DNA of 62,759 bases, counting the filler. It is 10 parts of 10 records of this genome, joined end to end, with 100 filler letters (N's around TTAATTAATTAA, not from the genome) between each part and the next. Parts side by side here need not be neighbours in the genome. Positions count along the whole stretch, not along the records: positions 24,343 to 32,494 come from SRR20825010_997; positions 32,595 to 45,924 come from SRR20825010_1001; 8 more parts are not named here. One strand, 5' to 3'. The notes under the pieces were generated by a model. The model was not told where the DNA came from and did no database searches. It saw only the letters and a program-made list of their open reading frames with translations. Of this stretch, positions 30,004 to 40,835 are shown piece after piece. Numbering within the stretch: position 1 is the first letter of the stretch; every line of letters starts with the position of its first letter. The position numbers were made by a program, and so were the translations under genes.

Positions 30004-31299
30004 CTAGACCTCCTCCATCCAGCGGGCGGTGATATCCGCGAAATATGTCCGCACGGCGTCATTTGAGACTTCCTCCAGCACATCGGCGAGGAAGGCATCG
30101 ATCAGCATCTTGCGGGCCGACTTTCCGTCGATCCCGCGCGACTGCAAGTAAAAGAGCGCATCCTCGTCCAGTTCGCCCGACGAGGCCCCATGAGAACATT
30201 TGACATCGTCGGCATGGATTTCAAGCTCCGGCTTGACCGCGACGGACGCCCGGTCAGACAAGAGAAGTGCCCGGCTCAACTGATCGCCGGAAACCTTCTG
30301 CGCATCCGGCACAATCTGGATCTTGCCCTGAAAGACGCCTTGCGCGTCGTCATCGAGGATGCCCTTGTAGACCTGCTTGCTTTCATTTTCCGGCACCAGA
30401 TGGCGGGTGATCGTGGTGGTGTCGCAATGCTGGTGCCCCCGGATCAGGTAGGCGCCGTTAAGACTGCTCAAGGCCTTGCCGCCGGTGATCCGGGTGGTGA
30501 TCTCGTTGCGCGACAGCCGCGCACCGGTGGAGAGGCTGAAATTCTCGTAATGAGCGCCTGCCGGAACCTCGCAATCCGTCGTGGCGAGATGAAAGGCCGT
30601 GTTGCTTTCCGCCTGGAATTTATAGTGATTGAGCCGCGCGCCCTTTTCAAGCGCGATATCGGTGACCGGATTGGCGAAATAAGCATGGCCGTCGGCGCCC
30701 GCATGCTCTTCCAGCAGGGTCACCGTGGCGCTTTTGCCAAGGCGGATAATATTGCGCATATGGCGGGCATTGTCGGCGGTTCCGTCAAGACTGACAAAGC
30801 GGATCAGGATCGGCGTATCGAGCGTGGTATTTTCCGCCGCCGTCAGCACAAAGCCGTCTTCCATAAAAGCAGTGTTGAGCGCAACCACGGCGCGGCTGTC
30901 CTCGGCATCGCTTTCCAGCAGAGTACTATTCCCCGCATTGAGCTCGCTTGCGAAGGATGTCAGCGTGAGCCCTTTGGGGAGTTCACCAAGTGCGCTGTTT
31001 GCATGAGAGAACCGGCCATTGATGAAGGTCATCACATGCGGCGTCGCGAAACCCGCCTCGGGAAGGGAGGTCGCGGGTGCTTCCGTCGCCTCAATCCCCT
31101 TGGTCAGCGGGGAGAGGTTGGTGAAGCGCCATTCCTCGACCTTGCGGCCCGGAAAATCGAGCGCCTTGAAGCGCGCAAGGCCGGACTCGCGCAACGCCGT
31201 CACCGCCGGGCTCGCATGGCCGGGCAGGGAGCGCCGCGCCGCGTCGAAGCGGTCAAGGTATGTCTGAGCTAAAGGCGTCAAGTTCTTCATGTTCCTCAT
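30004..31299 (-). CDS. sufD: Fe-S cluster assembly protein SufD (alternative start 31290)
   Basis: EEWRFT, KPELEIHADDVKCSHGA, LFYLQSRGI. Confidence 0.95.
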   Translation of the reverse strand: MRNMKNLTPLAQTYLDRFDAARRSLPGHASPAVTALRESGLARFKALDFPGRKVEEWRFTNLSPLTKGIEATEAPATSLPEAGFATPHVMTFINGRFSHANSALGELPKGLTLTSFASELNAGNSTLLESDAEDSRAVVALNTAFMEDGFVLTAAENTTLDTPILIRFVSLDGTADNARHMRNIIRLGKSATVTLLEEHAGADGHAYFANPVTDIALEKGARLNHYKFQAESNTAFHLATTDCEVPAGAHYENFSLSTGARLSRNEITTRITGGKALSSLNGAYLIRGHQHCDTTTITRHLVPENESKQVYKGILDDDAQGVFQGKIQIVPDAQKVSGDQLSRALLLSDRASVAVKPELEIHADDVKCSHGASSGELDEDALFYLQSRGIDGKSARKMLIDAFLADVLEEVSNDAVRTYFADITARWMEEV

Positions 31300-31309
31300 C
31301 AATTCCCGA

Positions 31310-32053
31310 TCACGCCGCGCTGAGCGCCGCATAGCCTTTTTCTTCCAGTTCCAGTGCGAGGCTCTTGTCGCCGGATTTGACGATCTTGCCGTCGGCCAGC
31401 ACATGCACGAAATCGGGCACGATATAATCGAGGAGCCGCTGGTAATGGGTGATGATCAGCCCGGCGCGTTCGGGGCTGCGCAGGCGATTGACACCGTCCG
31501 CCGCGATTTTAAGCGCATCGATATCAAGGCCGCTGTCGGTCTCGTCGAGCAGCATTAAATCAGGTTCCAAGAGCGACATTTGCAACACTTCGTTGCGCTT
31601 CTTCTCGCCGCCCGAAAAACCGACATTGACGGCGCGTTTCAGCATATCGTCCTTGATGTCGAGCTCTTTCGTCTTCTCGCGCACGAGTTTGAGGAACTCC
31701 ATGGCGTCAACCTCGCTCTCGCCGCGAAATTTCCGCTGCGCGTTATAGGCGGTCTTGAGAAAAGTCGCCGAGGCAACGCCCGGAATTTCCACCGGATACT
31801 GAAAGGCAAGGAAAATGCCACGGCAAGCCCGCTCATCGGGAGAGAGGTCGAGCAGGTTCTCGCCCTTGTAGAGGACGTCGCCTGAAGTCACCTCATAGCC
31901 CTCGCGGCCCGCGAGGACGTAGGAGAGGGTGCTTTTGCCCGCGCCGTTCGGCCCCATGACCGCATGAATCTCGCCTGCCTTGATGGTGAGATTGATGCCT
32001 TTCAGGATTTCCTTATCCCCAACTGTGGCATGTAAATCTTTGATTTCCAACAT
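31310..32053 (-). CDS. sufC: Fe-S cluster assembly ATPase SufC
   Basis: [47 protein letters not shown]. Confidence 0.97.
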   Translation of the reverse strand: MLEIKDLHATVGDKEILKGINLTIKAGEIHAVMGPNGAGKSTLSYVLAGREGYEVTSGDVLYKGENLLDLSPDERACRGIFLAFQYPVEIPGVASATFLKTAYNAQRKFRGESEVDAMEFLKLVREKTKELDIKDDMLKRAVNVGFSGGEKKRNEVLQMSLLEPDLMLLDETDSGLDIDALKIAADGVNRLRSPERAGLIITHYQRLLDYIVPDFVHVLADGKIVKSGDKSLALELEEKGYAALSAA

Positions 32054-32067
32054 AACTTTATCTTTCC

Positions 32068-32494
32068 TTAGCCGACGCTGCCTTCAAGGCTGATGCCGAC
32101 GAGTTTCTGGGCTTCCACCGCGAATTCCATGGGGAGTTTCTGCAGCACTTCCTTGCAGAAACCATTGACGATGAGCGCCATGCTTTCCTCTTCCGAGAGG
32201 CCGCGCTGCTGACAGTAAAAGAGCTGCTCCTCGCTCACTTTAGACGTCGTCGCCTCATGCTCAACCGTCGCGGTGCGGCTCTGGTTCTCGATATAGGGCA
32301 CCGTATGGGCGCCGCATTTATCGCCGATCAAGAGACTATCGCAGACCGTATGGTTACGCGCATTCGCCGCTTTGCGTCCCATGCGGACGAGGCCGCGATA
32401 GGTGTTCTGGGCTTTACCCGCTGAGATCCCCTTGGAGATGATCGTGCTGGAGGTGTTTTTGCCCAGATGGATCATCTTGGTGCCGGTATCGGCC
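32068..32494 (-). CDS. sufB: Fe-S cluster assembly protein SufB, C-terminus; 5' truncated
   Basis: [47 protein letters not shown]. Confidence 0.97.
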
Positions 32495-32594
32495 NNNNNN
32501 NNNNNNNNNNNNNNNNNNNNNNNNNNNNNNNNNNNNNNTTAATTAATTAANNNNNNNNNNNNNNNNNNNNNNNNNNNNNNNNNNNNNNNNNNNN
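32495..32594. other. Synthetic contig spacer
   Basis: N44-TTAATTAATTAA-N44. Confidence 0.98.
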
Positions 32595-33927
32595 CTGGTG
32601 GGCCTATTACGAACTGGGTTGGGGCGGCTGGTGGTTCTGGGACCCGGTCGAGAATGCCTCGCTGCTGCCCTGGTTGTCGGGAACGGCGCTGATGCACAGT
32701 CTGGCCGTCACCGAGAAGCGCGGCGTATTCAAGAGTTGGACCGTGCTGCTGGCCATCGTAACCTTCGCCCTGAGCCTGCTGGGAACCTTCCTGGTGCGTT
32801 CCGGGGTGCTGACCTCTGTCCACGCCTTCGCCTCAGACCCCGACCGGGGGACATTCCTGCTGGCGCTACTGGCGATTACGATTGTTTCGAGCCTGACCCT
32901 GTACGCGTTCAGGGCGCCGGTGGTGCATGTGCGCTCCCGTTACGGCAGCCTGTCCCGTGAAATCTTCCTGCTGATGAACAATGTGTTGTTGGTTGCCGCA
33001 ACCCTGTTGGTGTTGGTGGGGACTCTTTATCCATTGGTTCTGGACTACCTGGACATGGGGCGGCTATCCATCGGTGAACCCTTCTTCAACCTGACCTTCA
33101 GCCCCCTGGGAATTGCCGCCGGCTTGCTGTTGGGGGCAGGTATATTCTCCCGCTGGAAGAAAACCGACGGCGGCTGGCTGGGCCGCAAACTGCTGTGGCC
33201 GTTGGCTGTCAGTATGATCGGGACCAGTGCTGTGCTGGTTGGGTACGGCAAGTTTGAGCCCTGGGCGTTTGGGGGCCTGTTCTCAGCGATGTGGATTACG
33301 GTGGCCACCTTTTGGGATCTCTGGGAAAAGTCCGGGTCACGGAAGGGGCGCCTCCACGGCCTCAGGCGTCAATCCCGCAGTTACTACGGCATGGTGTTCG
33401 GGCATCTGGGGCTGGCCATCACCATGGCGGGTGCGACGGTCGCGTCCAACTACGGTATCGAGCGGGACGTACGCATGTCGCCCGGGGACACCGCGATGGT
33501 CGGTGATTATCGGGTTGCGTTTGCCGAAATTGGCAACCGAAGAGGGCAGAACTTCACCGCGGAATACGGCCGTTTTGAGGTTTACGATTCGGATGGCGGT
33601 CTGATATCCACGCTATACCCGGAGAAGCGCCGATACATGGTTCAACGTAACACCATGACCGAGGCTGGTATTGACGGCGGTCTGTTCCGGGATATTTTTG
33701 TCGCCATCGGTGAGCGGGTGTCTGACGATGCCTGGGCGATCCGGCTTCAATACAAACCGCTGGTCCGTTGGTTGTGGCTGGGGGCGCTGTTTATGGCTGC
33801 TGGCGGCTTCCTGGCCATTTCGGATCGCCGCTATCGCATTCGCGACAAGGTTGCGGAAAACGGTAAGGCCAAGGCACCGAATGCAGGCGGTGAGCGCGGC
33901 GCAGACCCGGCAGGAGTGGTGTCATGA
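32595..33927 (+). CDS. ccmF: Cytochrome c heme lyase CcmF; 5' truncated
   Basis: WWAYYELGWGGWWFWDPVENAS (WWD motif) at the contig edge; GTFLVRSGVLTSVHAFASDP. Confidence 0.97.
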
Positions 33928-34460
33928 AGCGGCTGCTGCTGTTCACGCCGTTGATCCTCGCTGTGGTACTCGGAGTGGTCCTGTTCGCCGGTATTGGTAA
34001 GGACCCCAACAAGCTGGAGTCGGCGCTGATCGGCAAACCGGTGCCCGAGTTTTTGTTGACGGATCTCCACAACGAAAGTCGCGAGCTGACCCGTGAGGTT
34101 TTTGAAGGGCATGTGTCCCTGCTGAATGTCTGGGGTACCTGGTGCCCGGCCTGCCGGGACGAGCATGGTGATCTGGTCTGGCTGGCGGAAGAGAAAGGCG
34201 TGCGCATCGTTGGCCTTAACTATAAGGACAACCGGGATGATGCCCTGGTCTGGCTGGATCGGTTGGGCGATCCGTATCAGGTGTCGATCTACGATCCCCG
34301 TGGCGGCCTCGGGTTTGACCTGGGGGTTTATGGCGCGCCGGAAACCTATGTCATTGATGCCGAAGGTATTGTGCGTTACCGCCACGTTGGCGTGGTCAAC
34401 GAAAAAGTATGGAAGCAGGACATCAAACCCATCGTCGACCGGTTCAGGGAGAAGATCTGA
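33924..34460 (+). CDS. ccmG: Thiol:disulfide interchange protein DsbE/CcmG
   Basis: WGTWCPAC, LGVYGAPETY. Confidence 0.95.
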   Translation: MKRLLLFTPLILAVVLGVVLFAGIGKDPNKLESALIGKPVPEFLLTDLHNESRELTREVFEGHVSLLNVWGTWCPACRDEHGDLVWLAEEKGVRIVGLNYKDNRDDALVWLDRLGDPYQVSIYDPRGGLGFDLGVYGAPETYVIDAEGIVRYRHVGVVNEKVWKQDIKPIVDRFREKI

Positions 34461-34939
34461 TGTGGCGCCCGGTGTTTGCATGGCTGTTGCTGATGACAAT
34501 TGCGCCGATGTCGGTAGCGGATGCCCGCGACGTTTACGGGTTTGATACGCAGGCGCAGGAGCAGAGGTTCCAGACCCTGATTTCGGAGTTGCGTTGCCCG
34601 AAGTGCCAGAACCAGAACATCGCCGATTCCAATGCGCCGATTTCCAAGGACATGCGCGACGAGGTGTACCGGATGATGTCTGATGGCGCCAGCAACGAGG
34701 AAATTGTCGGAGCACTGGTCGACCGCTTTGGTGAATTCGTGCGATACAAGCCGGAGGTGGATAGCCGCACCATCCTGCTGTGGGCAACGCCAGCCATTGT
34801 GGTCCTGGGTGGCCTGATGGTGGTGGCTGGGATTGTCATCCGTTCCCGCAGGGCCGGCCAGGACGAGCCAGCCCTAACCGACGAAGAGCGTGCACGGGCA
34901 TCCAGAATGCTCGATGGCGATGACTCCAGCCGCACCTGA
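34460..34939 (+). CDS. ccmH: Cytochrome c biogenesis protein CcmH
   Basis: LRCPKCQNQNIADSNA, RFGEFVRYKP. Confidence 0.95.
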   Translation: MWRPVFAWLLLMTIAPMSVADARDVYGFDTQAQEQRFQTLISELRCPKCQNQNIADSNAPISKDMRDEVYRMMSDGASNEEIVGALVDRFGEFVRYKPEVDSRTILLWATPAIVVLGGLMVVAGIVIRSRRAGQDEPALTDEERARASRMLDGDDSSRT

Positions 34940-34981
34940 CTTCAAACAACACTCTTTCTCAACCGGATTAATGACCGTTCT

Positions 34982-36259
34982 ATGACACAGACCTTCTGGC
35001 TGACGGCCGCTGTATTAATCGTACTTGCCCTGGCGTTTGTGGTGGCGCCGTTGTTCCTGCACCGTTCCGGCCGGCGCGCGGAAATGGATCTGCGCAACCA
35101 GAACCTGCTGGCATATCGCAGCCGAATGGCGGAACTGGATCGCGAGTTTGAAGCCGGCGCGCTGGACGAGGAAAGCTATCAACAACTACGGGAAGAGCTG
35201 GCCGGCAGCATGCTTGATGATGTCCCGGATGCTGAGCGTGGTGTTATTGATTCACCGGATCGGGCCAGGGGCGGGAAAAGCGCCATCGTCATTGCGATTG
35301 CCAGCCTCGCGGTTATTCCCGCCGCTGCGGTATACCTGTACGGACAGTGGGGCGCCATGGACGACGTCGAGCAGTTCCGCGCCATGCAGGAAATGATGGC
35401 AGCCGACAGCGATCGCCTGGGCCAGATGCAGGAACTGACGGCCCAGCTTCGCGAGCGGTTGGAGGACAATCCGGAGAACACCGAGGGCTGGGCCATGCTG
35501 GGGCGTAGCTATATGCGCATCGAGCAGTATGAGGATGCGGCGTGGGCCTTCGAACGGCTGGCAGAGAGTATTGAGGACGATGAGAGCGGTAAAGCTGTCG
35601 CCTGGGGATTGTCAGCCCAGGCTGCATTTTTCCTGAGTGAGGGTGACCTCAACCCAGAGGTGTCGAACGCCATTGAAAAAGCCAGATCGCTGAATCCCGA
35701 CGAGGTCAATTCCCTCGGCCTGCTCGGCATCCATGCCTTCAGCCAGCAGAACTTTGAGGAGGCGATCCGGTATTGGGAGCGCATTGTGTCGGTGGCGCCC
35801 AATCATCCCCAGATTGCGTCCATCCGCCAGGGCATTGAACAGGCCTATCAGCGCCTGGGTCGGGAGATGCCGCAGGAGCAGCCGTCAGAGGTATCCGGGG
35901 CCGGCGTAACCGTCCAGGTGGAAATAGACGAAGCATTCCAGGGCGAGATTCCTGACGACACCACCCTGTTTGTTCTGGCGCGTCGCGCGAATGTTCAGGG
36001 CGGGCCACCTCTGGCTGTGGCGCGGCTGAGTGCGGGCCAGTTACCGATGGAGATCCGATTGGACGACCGCTTCAATATGTCCGCGAATGCAAAGCTGTCG
36101 GAGGCGGGTGAAGTGCGCCTGCAAGCGCGCCTGTCGCGCTCTGGCAACGCCAGGCCCCAGGCGGGTGACTGGCAGGGCGAGGTGGATCAGCCGGTGCCAG
36201 TGGGTGAAGGCGAAAACGAGCCTGTCACCCTGGTGATTGACACCCAACTGGTGCAGTAA
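34982..36259 (+). CDS. ccmI: Cytochrome c biogenesis protein CcmI (CycH)
   Basis: N-terminal TM, TPR region (EGWAMLGRSY), C-terminal GPPLAVAR...ARLSRSG domain; follows ccmFGH. Confidence 0.92.
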   Translation: MTQTFWLTAAVLIVLALAFVVAPLFLHRSGRRAEMDLRNQNLLAYRSRMAELDREFEAGALDEESYQQLREELAGSMLDDVPDAERGVIDSPDRARGGKSAIVIAIASLAVIPAAAVYLYGQWGAMDDVEQFRAMQEMMAADSDRLGQMQELTAQLRERLEDNPENTEGWAMLGRSYMRIEQYEDAAWAFERLAESIEDDESGKAVAWGLSAQAAFFLSEGDLNPEVSNAIEKARSLNPDEVNSLGLLGIHAFSQQNFEEAIRYWERIVSVAPNHPQIASIRQGIEQAYQRLGREMPQEQPSEVSGAGVTVQVEIDEAFQGEIPDDTTLFVLARRANVQGGPPLAVARLSAGQLPMEIRLDDRFNMSANAKLSEAGEVRLQARLSRSGNARPQAGDWQGEVDQPVPVGEGENEPVTLVIDTQLVQ

Positions 36260-36263
36260 TCTG

Positions 36264-38015
36264 TCACCGGCTGGTGCTCAGGCCCTGCGGGTAGAGCGGC
36301 GGCAGCTGATCCCCGGGAGCTGATTCACTGGCGGTTCCACGCACGCGGATCAGCGCTGCCACAAGCCGTTCTCCCTGCCAGGGCTCCGACGTAGCCGATT
36401 CACCGGGTGTCCCGAATAATCGCTGCTGAAGCTGTTCGATCTCGGCGGCCAGTTCCGTGTCGTCCAGAAACCGGTTCACATCCGTTACGCTTTGGAAGGT
36501 GCGTTCCGGATGCCTTTGAGTCATCCAACGTACAAGCAGGTCGGTCGTTTTGGGCGATCCCGCCTGCGCTGCCTCGCACAGATCCCGGAATAGCACCTTT
36601 TCCCGGTTGTCTCCCTGACTTGCCACGACCTTGCCAGCACTGGTGCGGCGCCTGCTGTACCACCAGGCCGCCAGTGTGATCAGCCAACCCACCACAACGG
36701 CCAGGGTGGCCAACGGCCAGAAGCCAGCGCCGGATTCTCCGTCAGGCTCACCTGATACCGGGTCATCGTTGGTCCTGGTGTCCGTTTCCGACGCGTCTTC
36801 CGGATTACTGGGCACCGAGTCGATCTGGCCGGGTATCCCCTCAACGACCAGTGTATGTGCTGGAATAACCGCTACTTTTTCGCTGTCGCTTTCAGTATCC
36901 CACCAGGGGATCCGGATCTCGGGCAAGGTTAATTTTCCAGGCTGCACTGGCACCAGTGCCGTGGTCTGGGTCAGTGTCGAAGTCAGCCCTTCTGTGCCGG
37001 GTGTGGTCGTGCGCTCGGGCTTTTCCGGGTAAGCCCGTATGCTATCGGGCGTCTGTTCCGGGAACGGCGGCAGCGATTCGGCAGGCAGGCCCTCCGTCCT
37101 CATGGTGAGGCTTCTGGTAAGGTTCTGGCCCGCTGTCAGGTTCTGGTTTCGTGGCAGTCCGGACTGGGTCAGCTCCAGCGTGCGGGCGGGCAACCAGGTG
37201 TCTCCGCTGAATTCCGCTGGCACACCCTTGACGGTGATATCAAACAGGTTGGCGCTGTCGCGGAGAAACTTCAATTGGCCCTGTTCATTCCGGGCCTGGC
37301 CCTCAAAGCGGATGGGCTGCAGACTGAGTTGTCCTTCTCTTTGGGGAAACAATGCGTAACGGCGCTCAACCACGCGATAGCGAACACCGTCCCGGTAGCG
37401 GGTGTACTCGTTCTGCTTGCCCAGCGATTCGACAATGGCATTCGGGTGCTCCGGTTCGGAGAGCTCGCCGCGAATGAGGTTGCCGGTGAAAAACAGCTTG
37501 ATGGTGAGCACCAACTGTTCCTGAACGTACACTTCGTCCTTGTCTGCGGCCAGCTCGATAAAGCTGTCTCTTTGGGCCTCGGTCTCCTGATCGGGTGGGG
37601 TGCCGCTGATAACCTCAATGGTGACGGGGGTTGAACGGGAATCTCGGAAGCTCAGGGGCGGAATGGTCAATTCACCAGTCTTTTTGGGCGCGAGCTGGTA
37701 CGTCCATGTGATCTCGCCCACCATCTCATTGTTGACGGTGCGAATGGAGTATTGCTGGTTGCGGGCGAGAATTTCGAAGTCGTCTTCTACCTTTTCGATG
37801 TCCGGTTTTGGCAGACTCGACAAGTCGAAATCGAACAGGTTTCCCAAATTGATATCGATTTTGGTGCTGCCCTTGACGCTCAGGGTAAGCACTTCGCCCT
37901 CGTAGAGACGGGTTCTGTCGGGTTCGACGGTCAGATCGTTGGCTGCCATGGCCGGTCCTGCCATGGTGACAAGCAGCAGTATCAGAATAAACGGACCGGT
38001 CAGCCGGCTTACCAT
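36264..38015 (-). CDS. BatD family protein
   Basis: Signal peptide, Ig-like repeats (ERRYALFPQ, WLPA, IPWWD), C-terminal TM; last gene of the MoxR/VWA operon. Confidence 0.88.
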   Translation of the reverse strand: MVSRLTGPFILILLLVTMAGPAMAANDLTVEPDRTRLYEGEVLTLSVKGSTKIDINLGNLFDFDLSSLPKPDIEKVEDDFEILARNQQYSIRTVNNEMVGEITWTYQLAPKKTGELTIPPLSFRDSRSTPVTIEVISGTPPDQETEAQRDSFIELAADKDEVYVQEQLVLTIKLFFTGNLIRGELSEPEHPNAIVESLGKQNEYTRYRDGVRYRVVERRYALFPQREGQLSLQPIRFEGQARNEQGQLKFLRDSANLFDITVKGVPAEFSGDTWLPARTLELTQSGLPRNQNLTAGQNLTRSLTMRTEGLPAESLPPFPEQTPDSIRAYPEKPERTTTPGTEGLTSTLTQTTALVPVQPGKLTLPEIRIPWWDTESDSEKVAVIPAHTLVVEGIPGQIDSVPSNPEDASETDTRTNDDPVSGEPDGESGAGFWPLATLAVVVGWLITLAAWWYSRRRTSAGKVVASQGDNREKVLFRDLCEAAQAGSPKTTDLLVRWMTQRHPERTFQSVTDVNRFLDDTELAAEIEQLQQRLFGTPGESATSEPWQGERLVAALIRVRGTASESAPGDQLPPLYPQGLSTSR

Positions 38016-39820
38016 GGTGTATCGCCCTCGTCAGATGGTGTTTCTCGTTCCTGGTATTGTTGCAGGAATTTGCGCCTCAACAGTCCGCCCGGATTATCGG
38101 GCACGCGCCGGAGCCATTGTTCCTGTCCCTGGGTCAGCGGGGAAGTATCAAGCTCCGCCGGTGCCCTGGATGTTTGTCCGTCGCTCTCTGAAGCGTCGGC
38201 ATCACGCTGGCGTTGTTGAGCGCTCTCCTCCTGCTTTTCCTGTTGGTCGCTTTGGCCGTTCTGTTGGCTATCCTCTGGCTCGTTCTTTTGCTGTCCATTG
38301 TGTTGATTATCCGGCTGGTTCTGCCCGGCCTGATCTGACGGGTCGCCGTCCTGGTTCTGAGTATCCGACCCATTCTGTGAGTTCTGCTGGTTACCCTGCT
38401 GCTGTTGATTGCCGTCCTGATCTGACGATTCACTGCCGTCCCCGCTGGATTGGTTCTGTTGCTGCTCCAGCAGCTGTTTCACCAGGTCACGGTTGAACAA
38501 GGCGTCTTCATGTCCAGGTTGCATCGCCAGCACATTCTCGTAGGCCTCGAGGGCTTCTTCCAGCTTGCCGGCACGGGCCAGGGCGTTGCCGCGGTTGTAG
38601 CTTGCCCTGGGCGTGTCTTCGCTGGCGAACGCGCCCGCTGCGGACTCATAGTCACCTGAGCGATAGAGTGCGCTACCACGCCACTGGGGATTGTCGAGAA
38701 TCCTGGCTGCCTGTTCCGGGTCTTCTTCGATCAGCGCGGGCGCACGCTGATCCTCCCGGGACCAAAGGGCGTCCCAGTCCATGGCCATTGCGGGACGTGG
38801 GGTGAGGGGCAAAAGTGTTAGCAGTACCGCCACCATGGCACCGCGACGCCAGCCGAGCAATGCCAGTGGCGCGGCCAGCCACAATAGCCAGTAGCCATCA
38901 TCCTGCCAGCGGTTGACCGTCAGGTCGCGCTCGCTGTCTTGCCAGTTGTCCGAGTCAATGGGGCGCAGCTCCAGGCTGCGGATGTCCTCGTCCGTAATGG
39001 TCAGGCTATGACTGTCTCCACCATTGCTTTTCGCCAGTTCCGCCATGCCTGCGGGGTCCGCACGGGTAATCACGATGTCGCCGCCATCACGAATGAATCC
39101 TTGGCGTGCCAGCGGTATTGGGCCACCCTCTGAAGTACCAACGGTCAGGGTGCTGAGCGCGAACCGACTGCCCGTCAGGGTATCGCTGATGCGAGGAAGG
39201 TAACGCTCGTCCACATTGTCTGCAATCAGTAACAGTCGCCCCGTCCCCGGGGCGCCCTGTTCCAGCAGGTCAAGGCCACGTTGTATGCCGAGATCGGTTC
39301 GGTTTCCTGCAGCGGGCATGATCACCGGTTCGAGTACCTCCAGCATGCCCTCGATGGTATTGCTGTCATCCGTCAGCGGTGTGACCGCATGAGCGTCCGC
39401 GGCATAGACCACCAGGGCGGTCAGGCTTCCCTCCCGTGCTTTCAGAATATCGCGAATCTTGCGCTTGGCCACGGTCAGGCGGTCGGGCGTTACATCGGTA
39501 GAAAGCATTGACAGCGACAGGTCCAGCACGATAACGAGGCTGTCATTCTGTTGTTGCAGTGGCGTGGGCGCCTTGCGCCACGACGGGCCGGCGAGGGCAA
39601 CGGCAAGCACCACGAGGGCGGCAACGACCGGCAATACGGGCGAGCGTTTTTGACCGCCCGCTGCGCCAGACTGACTGATCAGTGGGCGCAGCAGTTGCGG
39701 CGGTATCACGCGGCTCCAGCCACTGTCGCTCTGGCGGACGCGTTTGAATACCAACGGCAGGACAAGGGCGACAAGAAGTAACAGCAGCCACAGTGGGCGC
39801 AGGAAGTGAAAATCAGCCAT
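38009..39820 (-). CDS. VWA + TPR domain protein (BatB/BatC-like)
   Basis: FHFLRPLWL, DLSLSM MIDAS, YNRGNALA TPR, Q/N-rich linker, EQWLRRVPDNPGGLLRRKF. Confidence 0.9.
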   Translation of the reverse strand: MADFHFLRPLWLLLLLVALVLPLVFKRVRQSDSGWSRVIPPQLLRPLISQSGAAGGQKRSPVLPVVAALVVLAVALAGPSWRKAPTPLQQQNDSLVIVLDLSLSMLSTDVTPDRLTVAKRKIRDILKAREGSLTALVVYAADAHAVTPLTDDSNTIEGMLEVLEPVIMPAAGNRTDLGIQRGLDLLEQGAPGTGRLLLIADNVDERYLPRISDTLTGSRFALSTLTVGTSEGGPIPLARQGFIRDGGDIVITRADPAGMAELAKSNGGDSHSLTITDEDIRSLELRPIDSDNWQDSERDLTVNRWQDDGYWLLWLAAPLALLGWRRGAMVAVLLTLLPLTPRPAMAMDWDALWSREDQRAPALIEEDPEQAARILDNPQWRGSALYRSGDYESAAGAFASEDTPRASYNRGNALARAGKLEEALEAYENVLAMQPGHEDALFNRDLVKQLLEQQQNQSSGDGSESSDQDGNQQQQGNQQNSQNGSDTQNQDGDPSDQAGQNQPDNQHNGQQKNEPEDSQQNGQSDQQEKQEESAQQRQRDADASESDGQTSRAPAELDTSPLTQGQEQWLRRVPDNPGGLLRRKFLQQYQERETPSDEGDTPW

Positions 39821-40835
39821 GATTCCCTCCCCGTGCGTTGTTTCTGGTCTCAAGCCGGTTGCTGGCCACTCTGGCGCTCTGGAGTAGCAGCCAGATCAGG
39901 ACGGCAATTCCGGCGGGCCAGACGTACAGTTCAGTCACCGGTCGATAGTGTTTGCCTTCCAGTTCGATGGGTTCGAGCTGGTTGATGCTTTCGTAGATCA
40001 GTTCCAGCTCGGGCAGACTGCGGGCCCGGAAGTACTCACCGCCGGTCTGCTGGGCAATTCGCGTCAGCAAACCTTCATCGAGGTCGCGGGATGGGTTGAC
40101 CCGGCGCGAGCCGAGCAGCCCACGCTGAACCATGGTTTCGGCACCAATCCCGATGGTGTAGATGCGTACGCCAGCGGCTTTTGCAATCTCCGCCGCCTTG
40201 TCCGGCGCGATCTCACCAGCAGTATTGGCGCCATCGGTCAGCAGGATCACCACGCGTTGTTCCTGGGGGCGATCACGAAGGCGTTTGACCGCCAGACCAA
40301 GGGCGTCGCCGATGGCCGTGGCCCGCCCGGCCATGCCGATACCGGCTTCATGCAGCAGCGTGCGAACGGTGGCGAGGTCAAAGGTCAGCGGCGCCTGGAT
40401 ATAGGGTTCCGTACCGAACAACAGCAGCCCCAGGCGGTCACCTTCACGGCGCTGGATAAAGTCATCCAGCACGCGCTTCACCGCCTGTAGTCGGTTTATG
40501 CTGCGGCCCTGGATGACCATGTCCTGTTCGTCCATTGACGGGGAAATATCCACTGCCAGAAGCAGGTCACGACCGCTGACCGGCAACTGTACCTGTTCGC
40601 CGACGTGTTGGGGGCGCGCCAGGGCCACGACCAGCAGCAGCCAGATCAGCAACAGTGCCAGTTGCTGCCAAAGGGGGGCGTGGCTGCCGCTACGGCTGAC
40701 ACCCGGCAGGTCCGATAACCAATGCCCGACCGGAAAAACAGGTGCCTCCACAGTCTGAGCACTGCGTTTGCGTAAACGGATTATCAGGGGCACCAGAGCC
40801 AGTAGCAGGGCCCATGGAAACGCAAGGCTCAGCAT
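39813..40835 (-). CDS. VWA domain protein (BatA-like)
   Basis: DISPSM MIDAS, TAIGDA, ILLTDG. Confidence 0.92.
   Translation of the reverse strand: MLSLAFPWALLLALVPLIIRLRKRSAQTVEAPVFPVGHWLSDLPGVSRSGSHAPLWQQLALLLIWLLLVVALARPQHVGEQVQLPVSGRDLLLAVDISPSMDEQDMVIQGRSINRLQAVKRVLDDFIQRREGDRLGLLLFGTEPYIQAPLTFDLATVRTLLHEAGIGMAGRATAIGDALGLAVKRLRDRPQEQRVVILLTDGANTAGEIAPDKAAEIAKAAGVRIYTIGIGAETMVQRGLLGSRRVNPSRDLDEGLLTRIAQQTGGEYFRARSLPELELIYESINQLEPIELEGKHYRPVTELYVWPAGIAVLIWLLLQSARVASNRLETRNNARGGNHG

Noticed and set aside
38200..38470. Low-complexity CTG/TTG-rich tract as a repeat array
   Set aside because: Encodes the Q/N-rich linker normal for BatB/C-type proteins; no fixed repeat unit
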